Assembly (NCBI GenBank): GCA_900617105.1
Contig: UYFQ01000611.1
Span: forward strand, 1 to 64,000
DNA: 64,000 nucleotides
Direction: 5' to 3'
Source: Hydrurus foetidus
Lineage: Eukaryota
Each line of letters opens with the position of its first letter. Position 1 is the first letter of the stretch. Positions 11,353 to 23,100 of this stretch are shown here, in pieces. The position numbers were made by a program, and so were the translations under genes. The notes below the pieces were generated by a model that did no database searches, was not told the DNA's origin, and saw only the letters and a program-made list of their open reading frames with translations.

Positions 11353-12576
11353 ATGGCTGAGGCGAGTTCATCAGTAACGACGACTGTTGTAAAGCGGAAA
11401 ACAGTGTGCTGAGGCCCACTGCCTTGTTTTATCATTGTCGTGGAATGACATAGTCGCCAATGGCGGAAAGATGTCAACGAAGCAACAAGAAGAACTGCTT
11501 AAAGTCAAGGCAGCAGAGTGGGTACCAGAGCTAAGGACAGCGTATGCACATTGCTTAAAAGTGAATATTGAACCAGCGACAATCCTGTCGGAAATCGATT
11601 ATGACAGCGACGAACAGATGATAAGAAAAGCAATGGCAATCATCCACTGTATAAATAACATTCTCAAGCCTAGCTGGAAAGACCCAACAAGTTTCGCATC
11701 TGGAAATCAGTTGGCAGACACCCTACTCGTCTGCAGAAAAGCTGCTTGGGCCCACAACGAAACTGAGAGGATCAAGTTGAAGAAAGATGAGTCCACAGAC
11801 ACAGCACACAAAGAATTTGATGATGAATGGACTTTCAAGGAGTGGCCTTGTTTCAGATATCTTGGATACCTGCTGGAGCAGGGGGCTGTCTCGGAATATT
11901 CAAGTCATCAACATGAGGATCTGGCCCAAGTCAGCTCGCCAAGAGACCATCTCTGCGAACAAATGCTCGAAACCAGCAGCCGTAGTCAGCGACGACTGTG
12001 CGGTTTGAGGAGCATTGACATCAAAGACGAAACTGTCAAAGCGGTAGAAGTTGACGATGTAGAGATATCGTTTTTGAGGGATGGCGTGGCAGCGCAGCAA
12101 GAAATGACAACTCAAGTTGCGTGGAATAATGAAGTGAAACGACTGCAGACTGTACTCGATTTGGCACAATCCCTAGAATTGCCTTCAGCGAAAATTACTG
12201 AGCACAAGATGAATATCTACAATTTCGCTAATTACAATTTCGCCATTGAAGATTTCCGACGTGGTGAATAAAAGCAGCAAACGCGATGTCCGATCAACGC
12301 CTGCATCGGCCACAATGGCGAGAACAGAGACTTCTTTGGGTGCCGGTGCAGATGTTGACTTAGAACTTGGCTACGATCAAACAAGCTTGGATGACCTAGG
12401 CTCACCACAGAAGGTATATAGTAACTTGACCGACTCAGATTGTGATACACAGTTGCTTTCCAGTTTTGACATTTTCACTGGTTTTCTTTCACCCTCATTA
12501 TTAATTTGTTTGTATGTAGGAAGATTTCAACGATGGAGATGATTCGTTAGGAGAGGACTATGATGAATTCTGTTAG
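11353..12576 (+). pseudogene. Second (accessory, probably DNA-binding) gene of the Harbinger element, frameshifted
   Basis: ORF 11435..12271 plus out-of-frame upstream and downstream pieces (12246.., and an acidic tail after a probable intron). It lies inside the TIRs opposite the transposase. No domain recognised with certainty. Confidence 0.6.
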
Positions 12577-13906
12577 GTAAAATATCGAACCACGGTTCCA
12601 CTTGTTTAATTCTACTTTTTAATACATACTCTTACTGCTATATTCTAATTGCTTCCAGATACTCTTGTTCCTCTATTTTCAGATTGGAAACAAAAGAAAG
12701 TCAATACACATTGGAGCAAAGAAACACATTTCATAAGCACATTACATACAAGAGCAACTACAAACATCCTTTTTTCTTCTGTAAAACGTTTTGGCCACTT
12801 TATTAGCCCAGCGTCGTAAGCAATTAAACTACGCCTCTTTGTTTCAAAGTCATAGTCAATTTCAACCTCAACTTCGTTCCCCACTGCCTCATTAGCTTCT
12901 TCAGAAACATCCACTGCACTCTTCCACTGATCAACCCTATTAAGTATACGCCTTTCTTGAATACTAGGAATCTCGTCGTCCAGATAGAATCCTTCATCTG
13001 AATTATCAGGCTGCGGATTGATTTGATCCCAATCCACATTCTCTTCCCATCTATTGTCTAAACCATCAAACTCTAGAATTAAATTATGTAGAATGCAACA
13101 AGTGAAGAATGCGAAATCAATAGATGTCTGTTTTTGCAGAACTATACCGTTACGGAGAAATCGCCATCGACTTTTTAATACACCGAATGTGCATTTACGT
13201 CCTTTCAAGCAGACTACACCCATTCCGACCATAGTCTATCCCCTCTTGTTATAGTGTGTTTGATAGGATTAATCATACAACTCCACCGATGGTATCCCCC
13301 ATCACACAGATAGTAGACTCCTTTCACGGGTTTCAGTATTCCATTAATGAACATATCATACTCCACCTCTTCATGTACTTTCCTGTTTCTCACATCTGTG
13401 ACTTATATATCGTGTCGGACAATTGTTTTGTCGTTGCGTGCGCCACAGAAGCTACTCGTCGATCCGAGTATTCGTCTATGGTAGTCAACAGTACACGAAT
13501 ACGCCAATGAGGGATAACCTTCTTTACCGGAGCAAACTTGAATCAACGAGACAGGGCATCTGTCCCACTTCAGGTGTACTCAGTCCGTCGATCCGATGCA
13601 TCCAGGGAGACCCATTTTACCGAATACCTTCAACACTTTTCTCAACTGTAAATTGGTTGGTCTATAAACGTATTTGTCGTAGTAGTATTCCACAAAATTT
13701 TCACAGAATAGATGGAAGGCTCTCCTAGCTGTAGTTTCCTCCATAAGCGTGGCCTCAGCTACGTCATCAAAATTCCATTTGCGCCCCAGTATTCGAAGAA
13801 CTGCCAACATTTTGATCTCTACCGGGCAAATGAGCCAATTAGCTACGTCAGTATCCATCGACGAATTCTCTCCGAATAGCTTCTTCTCAATACACATATG
13901 TACTAG

Positions 13907-14168
13907 TGTAGCCTTATTGCATTCCTAAGGGGATACAATGTGTCTAGGTTAACTAGGTACGATAGGTATATTACGCTCAGATTCCACTTTTAGGTCGTAG
14001 TTCCACATATGACGTGAATGCACTTTAGCGTACACATCACTTGTAGATACTCAACTGTAAGATACTAACACAAGTCTATTCCACCGATTCTTGCTTTCCT
14101 TGCCCACCGCTTGCACCAACCGTCCACCAACATCAGCCCCAACGTCCTAGGCCCCGCCCTAGACCACA
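13907..14168 (+). repeat. 5' LTR of Gypsy-C
   Basis: Direct repeat of 19082-19343, TG...CA. Confidence 0.96.
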
Positions 14169-14558
14169 ATATCGATATTCGGTCGATACCGAAGTTTTTC
14201 TTCGAGAGAAGTTCGTTTCTCCGCTCCATCAATTTTAAATCCATCACCTAATTCCGACAGTCGAAGACAATGGCTCTCCGACGCCAGGACAAGAGGATTA
14301 GCACCATCAACTCCCTTCGCCGACAACGACAGCCTCCTAGAGCTGTCGCCGTCGCCTTCCGACAACGTTACGAGGAGCACCACAATCGTGGAGGAGATAG
14401 CATCGAGTCTCCTGGGCCACCTGCGGCTCAGGACCCCGCCGGCGACCTGTCTGCACCGATTCCTCAGCGGAATTCGGAGCCTGCGGTCTCGTCTGTCATT
14501 GATGCTCCTGTTTTATCTGCTTTATCCGCTCTAACGTTATCACCAGTTTCGACTGCGA

Positions 14559-14645
14559 CACCAGCTTCGAGATACCAGCTTCGGCTGAGATACCAGCTTC
14601 GGCTGCGACACCAGATTCGTCTGCGACACCAGCTTCGGCTGAGAT
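14559..14645 (+). repeat. 18-bp tandem repeat (caccagcttcggctgaga-like, about 5 copies) in Gypsy-C gag
   Basis: Read directly from the sequence. Confidence 0.8.
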
Positions 14646-17600
14646 TCCTCGTTCGATGGCACCACCTCAGCACTATGTGCAAACGGGTGAGAGAGCTCCT
14701 AAGTTGAGCGCCGTGCCCTCTCGTCAGGAAGTACTACGGGTAATGGAGGTCCTCCTTTCAAATGGAACTCCATTTAAACCAGTTGATGTAATCCATGTTT
14801 CCAACCATCAATCGTTTACAACGCTTCTCAAGCGTAAGTTTGCAACTGATCCCGATCGTCGCGACTCCTGTAACAATTGGAAACATTGGTCGAATCAATT
14901 GTTCTGTAGAGAACTCAATCTCACAGTTCCTACATCAGCTGTCAATCGAACTGACAAGCTGAGTTTCATTGAAACTGTCTCTCAGGTCGCACTTCAATTC
15001 GACCTGAAGGATAAATCAGTGGAAGACAAGACAGATCAGCTTTTAGCTGATATTGTTGATGGATTCCCTGATGCAACACCCGCTCTCCAACTTCAGGCAA
15101 CCAAAATTCTAATCGATAAGTTGCCTGTCGAACCTATCAATTGGAGAGCAGTGTTACAGCGTAGTCTTAACAATACAACGCCAAGACTCATTACAATCGA
15201 AGACTTTCGATTCGTATGGCTTGCGCAGCTTGCTAAGCTACGAGAATCAATTGATGCCTTACGGTTCATTGATGTCTCTCCTTTGTATGGTGATCACTCT
15301 CGCCAAATCAAAGCTCCTCCTCGTTCCTCTCAGGACAAAATCAAAAACGTCCACGAGAGAGCGAACAATCTGTGCAATCAGACAAGTCTGACAAATTGAA
15401 AGACCTCTGTGCACAGGTTGTGGGAGACTTGGCCATTTCGTCGCCACGTGTTTCTACACTACGTCTCCGTACTATAACAGTACAGACGCACCCTATATCA
15501 ACTCTGAGGGTCATAAGCAGTTGTTGAAAGTCGATTCAAAGGCTAAGTTTATTCCAACTTTACCTAAGACATCGACCTCTTCTTCATCGTCTTCCTCTTC
15601 TTCTTCCTCTTCGTCAAAACCTGCTACTTCAACAGCAGACTCGACAAACGCTGCGAAGAAACACAAAGGTGAGCAACTATGCAACCTAAATTCATCATCT
15701 ATTCTTTCCGATGATCCAGAACTTATTCCTTTCTTCGTATCTCCCCTCTCACAGGAGGTTATGCTGGAAAAAAGTAATAGAGTCTTTACTCTCCTGGACA
15801 CCGGCTCTTTTGCTGGCAACTTTATACATCGCCGCATCATAACTAATCATAATTTCACACAATTCGTTTCTAACTCTTCAAAGAAATTGTGTAAAGTTTG
15901 TAGTGGATTAGATAATCATTGTTATGATATTTCTGACACTATAGACTTAACTCTTTCTTATTTTTGCCCTGATTTAAATAATTATTATACTTTTCAAATC
16001 ACGGCTTATGTTTTAAACGATTCGAAATTTGATCTAATAGTGGGACGAAAAACAATTCTTGGATAGTGGGACACCTTGGATAGATGAATTTCCTGATACT
16101 GACCCACTCTCGCTAATAAACTTAGCAGGTGATGAAGATCAGAAAAATAAACTTCGGTTACTAGTACACGAATTCAAGGATATATTTAGCAGTGAACTTT
16201 CGGCCACTCCTGCTAATATTCCACCGTTTGACTTTCATGTCAATGACGACCAATGGAGAGTCTCTAAAAATAGACAACCTCCATGGGCTAAATCAACAGT
16301 TGATCAAGCTGACATTCTCAGTCAAATTAAAAAACTTGAAAAACAAAATATTGTTGAAAAATCAAACGCGGCTTATTATAGCCAAGTTTTACTAGTTCCA
16401 AAATCTGATGGAACTAAGCGCATGTGTATTGATTTTCGGAATCTCAACAATTGTACCGAAGATAAATCACATCCTATTCCACACATCGGTGAGATGTTGC
16501 GTAGAATAGGTGCACATAAAGCAAAAGTGTTTGCTGTACTTGACCTCACTCAAGGTTACCATCAAGCACCACTTACACTCGCTGCACGTGCTTATACTGC
16601 ATTCATACTTTTCTGCGGAGTATATCAATTCACTCGTTTACCCTTTGGGCCTAAACAAGCACCCTCCTATTTCCAACAGATTATGACGACTGTTGTGTTA
16701 GCAGGTCTGATATACTCTATATGCGAAATGTACATAGATGATTGCAATGTTTTCGGTAAAGACATTGACGAACTTATTTCTAGACTTCGTCTTGTGTTTG
16801 AACGTTTTAGAAAACACAAAATATTCCTTAAACCGAATAAGTGTTATCTAGGCTATGCCGAAATAGATTATGTTGGCAAAGTTCTATCTGCAGATGGACT
16901 TAGAATGTCACAAGAAAAAATACGGACTGTCTTAGATTTTCCTAAACCAGTACTATCTAAACAACTCAAAAGTTTTTAGGATTGGTTAATTATTTTCACG
17001 ACTTTGTTAGAAACGCTTCTACTGTTGTATACCCGTTACATCAGTTGCTTCTTAACTATAATAAGTATAAGAAAATAACTTGGACAATAGAAGCTCTCAG
17101 AGCATTCAATTTGATCAAATCTGAGATTTCAAAATGCACGACTATGCACTTTTAAGTGACACCGATCCGATTTACTTGCACACTGATGCATCGGACTATG
17201 GTGTAGGTGCCTATCTTTTCCAGTTAGTTGACGGTCAAGAGACGCCCATAGCATTTGTCAGTAAATCACTTAACAAAGCTCAGCTTCGTTGGGCTGTTAT
17301 ACAAAAAGAAGCATATGCTATCTTTTATTCGTGCACGTATTTAAAATCGCTATTACGTGATCGTACGTTCACATTGCGTACAGATCATCGTAACTTGTTA
17401 TACATCAAGGATAATTCAAATCCAATGATTGTTCGGTGGTTTATGGCCTTATCCGAATATTCATTTAAAATTGAATATATACCTGGTGCTAACAATGATA
17501 TAGCTGATTCGATGTCTCGACTCTGTCGCAATAACATGGTTGATTTCCCTCAGGAATATACTCCTGATGCAATCATGTCTGCTAATACTATTGAAAAATT

Positions 17601-19081
17601 CAAACTAACACGTGATCAGTACAATACAATCAGTAAAGTACACAATTCACAAGTTGGGCATTTTGGCCTTGAGCGCACTCTAAAGCGTCTCATTGACAAA
17701 AAGATAGTATGGCAATATATGCGTCAGCATGTCAGGTGGTTCATAGATCACTGTTCGTGTTGTCAGAAAATGAGTATGTTAAAGATACCAATACATGCTC
17801 ATGGTTTCTCGACTTCTACTTACACACCTATGGAATGCCTTAACATAGACTTCATAGGACCGTTTCCAGACGGCGGGTACGTACTCGTAATTATCGATAC
17901 GTTCACAAGATGGGTTGAACTGTTTCATACAGAAGATGCTACAGCACTTTCAACGCTAAATGCCTCTTGCAACACTTCGGTCGTTTCGGCGCACCTCTCC
18001 AACTCCGTTCTGATAATGGGCCACACTTCATTTCCGAAGTTATTAGAGAGTTTCTAACTCTTATTGGCACTCAACATTGTCTTACTTTAGCATACTCTAA
18101 AGAAGAAAATGCTATTGTTGAGCGCATGAATAAAGAAGTTAATAGACATCTTCGTGCATTAACATTCGATAATGTCACACTAGAAGATTATAAAACGTCA
18201 CTTCCATTTGTGCAACGAATTTTAAATTCTAATCACAGTGATCGTTTAAAAATATCATCTTCTCAACTTCTTTTCGGAAATGTACTCAAACTCGATAGAG
18301 GTATCTTTTTACCTCCTGCTGAGCGAAATGTTACTGATGACAAACCTTTGTCAAAGCGTATGAGCAATCTACTCAAAACGCAAGACAGTCTTCTTAAAGC
18401 TTCTGCTAAAGAACTTCTTCGCACAGATTTGCTTCATCAAAGTCAGTCTCAAATTTTTCAGCATGTAGAGTATCCAAAAGACTCTTATGTCTTAGTGCAC
18501 TATCGCGATGGAACTCCTCCTTCACGTCTTCACACGCATTGGAGAGGCCCATTAAAAGTCGTTAGTGGCGAAAATTCGCGTTACACACTTTATGATCTAG
18601 TCACTCAGAAAACTTCAGAGTTTCATGTTTCTGCAATGAAACCTTTTCTATTTGACCCTTCAATCACAAATCCGTTGGATGTTGCACGACGTGATCACAT
18701 GGAATACTTTGTTGAAGACATTCTTGATCATCGTGGCAAACACCAACGTACCCACATAGAGTTTTTAGTCAAATGGTTAAATTACCCTTCAGACAAAAAC
18801 ACTTGGGAACCTTATTCAAGTCTTCGTGATGTTGATAAACTTCATGATTATTTACGTCATAATAACATGACTAAATTAATCAATAAGCAACATCGATGAC
18901 TTAATATATTTGAAACTTTATCCATGAGGATTCTCTCCTATTTTTTTTACCTACGGGTCTTTTTGGAGAGTTTAGTCAGTAAAAGTCTGACATAATCGTT
19001 TCATCTATATCTCATATATATGTTTTACATCTTTTCTTTTTACATTTTATCATATTTTATCTTCAAATCAGAATACAATAG

Positions 19082-19343
19082 TGTAACCTTATTGCATTCC
19101 TAAGGGGATACAATGTGTCTAGGTTAACTAGGTACGATAGGTATATTACGCTCAGATTCCACTTTTAGGTCGTAGTTCCACATATGACGTGAATGCACTT
19201 TAGCGTACACATCACTTGTAGATACTCAACTGTAAGATACTAACACAAGTCTATTCCACCGATTCTTGCTTTCCTTGCCCACCGCTTGCACCAACCGTCC
19301 ACCAACATCAGCCCCAACGTCCTAGGCCCCGCCCCAGACCACA
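19082..19343 (+). repeat. 3' LTR of Gypsy-C
   Basis: Direct repeat of 13907-14168, followed by TSD ctag. Confidence 0.96.
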
Positions 19344-20105
19344 CTAGTTTGCAGTACACTTGATATTATGGCACTCTGAACCTCCTCCTGAAAAGTTTAC
19401 CGTCCCTCGACATTATAGATGGCCCGTCCACAATGCTTGCAAGATGCTTAACAAGTTGTCTCCACGCTGATTGCCAGTAATTTGGATGTTTGACTCTTGG
19501 AATAACGGGTTTTGCACGCTGTCTGTAAGTTTTTCTGTTTGCATTGGCTGTTTTCCTCTGCTTGCGTCTTTGAACAGCCTTAATCATGCATCTGTGGAGG
19601 AGCAGAAATATCTCATTGATTTCACTGACACTGTAGATCATTTCAGACCCTCTTGAATTCTGAATTGCTGTAATATTGTGGAGTATTGTAGGATGCGTTG
19701 AACGAAGCAGGGACGAAAAAAATAATTCGAATTTTGAATTTATGAAGTACAGATTTTACAGTAATGCCGTGAAATAGCACAAAATACTGTATGTGGTGAA
19801 CCTTGCCTGAAATTTTATGGGAACAAATTTTAGGGTTCCCGTGAATTCCAGCCTAAGGTATACCGCACGGTATACGGTATACGGTATACGGAACTGCCCA
19901 GAAAGGACGAAAACACGAAAACTTTCTCATACACGAAAATACGAATTTTGAAAGTGGCTTCACACTTCACACTTCACGCTTCACGCTTCACGCTAGACAT
20001 GGCTCATCATCACTTCATCCACACTCTGTTTACAATTCATTAAAAGCTGAAAAATTTTCCTGGAAATACTTCAGCAATTGTGGGGTAGGTGTTCGTAGAG
20101 AAGTT

Positions 20106-23100
20106 ATGGAGAACAGTCGGAGAGGTTCCGAAAAGCGGAGCGATAGGCACAGATCCAGATCAAGGGAAAGGGGCGATCGAAAGCGATCAGATAGAAAAAG
20201 GTCAAGGTCAAATGACAGGGGAGAGAGAAGGGGTGATCGCCAGGTACCCACATAACCCTTAAGAATATTAAGACGGTGGTCTTATATAACTAACGTACTC
20301 ATCACGACTGTCATTTAGGAAAAAAAGAGCTCCAGAGCCCGCTCAAGGACACGGTCCAGATCACGCGATAGGTCAGGCGCCTCAAAAAGCCACAGAGACA
20401 AAGATAGAGAAAAAGACAAGGACAAAGATAAAGATAGGGAAAGAGATAAAATAAGGGATGCTGAGCGTAAATCGACCACCGTCCCTGACATGAAGCCCAA
20501 CGTAGCTGAACCTGTTGTGAAAACTGCAGCCGAGCTGGAGAGCGATAGAGTGGCACAAAAAGAGGAAGAGCAAGCCATTCTTGAAGATGAAATGAGAAAG
20601 AGGAGGGAGCGCGTCAAAGCTTGGCAAGATGAGAAGGCGAGAAGGATAGCTGCTGAGGCGGCAGTACAGGGCCCTGCCACCTCTTCCACGATCCTTCTTA
20701 GCCCAAATGTCCAAAATGGGGAGGTCGACATCAATGGGGTTGAAGGCGATAACTCCGCTGAATCCATTGAAATGGGCTCTCATATCGATACTACAGCAGA
20801 CTCCTCTGGCACAGGCGCATGGACTCTGGAGGATGACGATGATGATCTCAAAAATGGAGAAGGAGCGAAAGATGAAGACGAAGCTGATATCGCGTTGCCC
20901 TCTATCCTCAACCTAGCAGGCACACAACCTCAATCCGAAGAAGCATGGTCCAAATCCGCATCCATTTCCCACGTCAAGAGCAAGAAGGAACGATCTGCAT
21001 CGATATCAATCGGCGTGATCGGCAGTCCAAAAAAATCTACCAACGACTTATCGAAATCTGAATGCAAAGAAGAAATCCGCTTTGCTCCGTCAGAACAATT
21101 GGTAGTCTCAGCGCCACATGCAATTGCGGAAGCTGTGAATATTGAGTATACAAATAATGTATTCTCCGCTCAACCAATCGTGCCACTAACATCAATGCCC
21201 TCTGCCGTCCCTGATGACGGTGTGGACAAACACTTACACGACCCCTTAGACGACTTCATGAGTTCCCTCTATGAAGAGGGTGACGTTGAAACGCAAGTAG
21301 CTCTCAGCAATGACGCACCATCAGAGGATAAAGATCAGACGAAAGGAAGAGAGAGAAGAGGCACGGGCACAGCGCCCACTGCCTCATCCTCATCGTCGTC
21401 TTCATCATCAAGTGGAGCAAACGGCAGTGTCAGTAACCTCAACGATGAGCCACAAGGCGATGCTGCGCTAAAAAATGACCCCCAAGTGAGTGTTAAGGAT
21501 GACGGTGTCATGGTAGTTGATGAATCAGGGGATGACGAGTATGACGAATACAGCTACCTAGCGGGGGACAATCCGAAGGTAAACCCCTTTGGCTCGAACT
21601 TCATCACACTAGATCAAATAATGGGCGGCAAGGTGCATAGTAACTCCCCTGTAAGAAGCAGTAGTGATAGTGGGAATGTTGCTAGTGGAGACAAAGCTAC
21701 AGGGCATGATCGGAGAATGGATTATTCTAATTCAGGATGGGAAAGCGACTCAGCGCCACCCTCTCCGATGCATGGAAGGACAGACAAAGGGGACACCACA
21801 AGAGTGCGTAGTGGAGAGACAGAGGATGAGAGGGAGGAGAGGGAAGATCGAGAGAGGAAGGAATTCATTGATGCGATAAGAGCGGCCAGAGCGGCTGAAG
21901 ACGTGGTGAGAGAAAGAACGAGGCAAAAAGATGATGCAGCGGAGAAATCAAAAGAACAATTAGGAAGGGTTTTTGCAGGCGAGGGAGACGTCATGGATGA
22001 GAAGGACGTGGAGGAGAAGAAGAAGAGTGCGTTGGAGATTCTAGAGGACTCCAAGAAGGGCAAAGAACTCAAGCCTGTCGACCACAAGTCAGTGGAATAC
22101 ATACCATTCAGAAAAAATCTTTACATCGTCCCCAGAGTACTCAGTAAACTCACAGAAGAAAATCTCGTGGAAAAGAGGGACGATTTGCAGATCAAGGTGA
22201 GGGGTAAAGGTTGTCCCGCCCCGGTCGACACGTGGGGTCAATGTGGACTGAGTGAGCGTGTCTTAGGAGTCATTGAAAAACTTGGACTAGAGGCGCCATT
22301 CGCGATTCAAAAGCAGGCTATACCAGCCATTATGTGTGGGAGGGATTTAATTGGAGTCGCTAAAACGGGGTCAGGCAAGACCCTTGCCTTTCTACTTCCG
22401 ATGTTCCGACATATCTTAGATCAACCTCCACTCAGGTACCGTACTGTGCGTATGTGTTCGTGTGATGTAGTGATATGTATTGTAGTGCATTGTGGTGAAG
22501 CGCACTTTAGTGTAGCACAGTGTAATGTAGTAAAGTGTAGTGTTTACATGCGTGTAAGTGCGAAGCACGGATTAGTGTCACAGCTACTGATTTGATGCTA
22601 CGTTTTCAGCTGAAGTATTATTGCTTTATGACCGCTGATGTCCCTATTCTATTCCTGTCATCTTTCTCTTATTCGAATCATCGTTAGTGTTGCGAATCAT
22701 CCCTTCCCACACTCTCCAACTATAACTTCAAATATCACTACCCTCTACTCACACCTTCCAACAACCCCTCAAAACACACATACGCACACATTAGGGATTC
22801 TGAGGGCCCGATAGGGCTAGTGATGGCTCCAGCCAGAGAGCTCGCATTTCAAATATTCAACGAAGCCAAGAAATTCTCGAAGGCGTTGGGCATACGGGTA
22901 GCGTGCGTTTACGGTAAGATTCGGCCGGGTGTTCATGAGTACTGTGATTGCTGCACTGAACGCTGTGGGTGTTGTGATGTGACTCTGAGTGAGGAAGTAG
23001 TGTAAGGACAGTGAGTGTTATCTGTTCGACGAGCTATCATAGAAGCAAAAGAGTGTAAAAAAGAGAAAGAATAAGAGTGACAGAAACACGTAGCAACACT

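Larger units (their letters stand above)
13907..19343 (+). mobile_element. Full-length Ty3/Gypsy chromovirus-type retrotransposon (Gypsy-C), 262-bp LTRs, 4-bp TSD CTAG; coding region frameshifted
   Basis: LTRs 13907-14168 and 19082-19343 (2 mismatches seen); ctag at 13903-13906 and 19344-19347. Gag with CTGCGRLGHFVATC knuckle (~15410-15450); protease LLDTGS; RT RMCIDFR, LPFG, YIDD; RNase H TDAS, TDHRNL; integrase HHCC and SDNG; chromodomain FLVKWLNYPSDKNTWEP ending at 18899. Confidence 0.96.
12645..19641 (-). pseudogene. Harbinger (DDE_Tnp_4 / Plant_tran-like) transposase split by Gypsy-C
   Basis: N-terminal FRRRFRVP (19366..19641) joins in frame across the Gypsy to KLVHMCIEK...LRILGR...GLPGCIGSTD. 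C-terminal CTFGVLKSRWRFL...CCILHNLIL. Stops and frameshifts present. Confidence 0.88.
11114..19853. mobile_element. PIF/Harbinger DNA transposon (about 3.3 kb without the nested Gypsy), two convergent genes
   Basis: TIRs GGCTACAATTCACGG (11114-11128) and CCGTGAATTCCAGCC (19839-19853) match 13/15. TAA TSD on both sides (11111-11113, 19854-19856). Subterminal attttacgg-like motifs and DDE transposase fragments inside. Confidence 0.9.
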
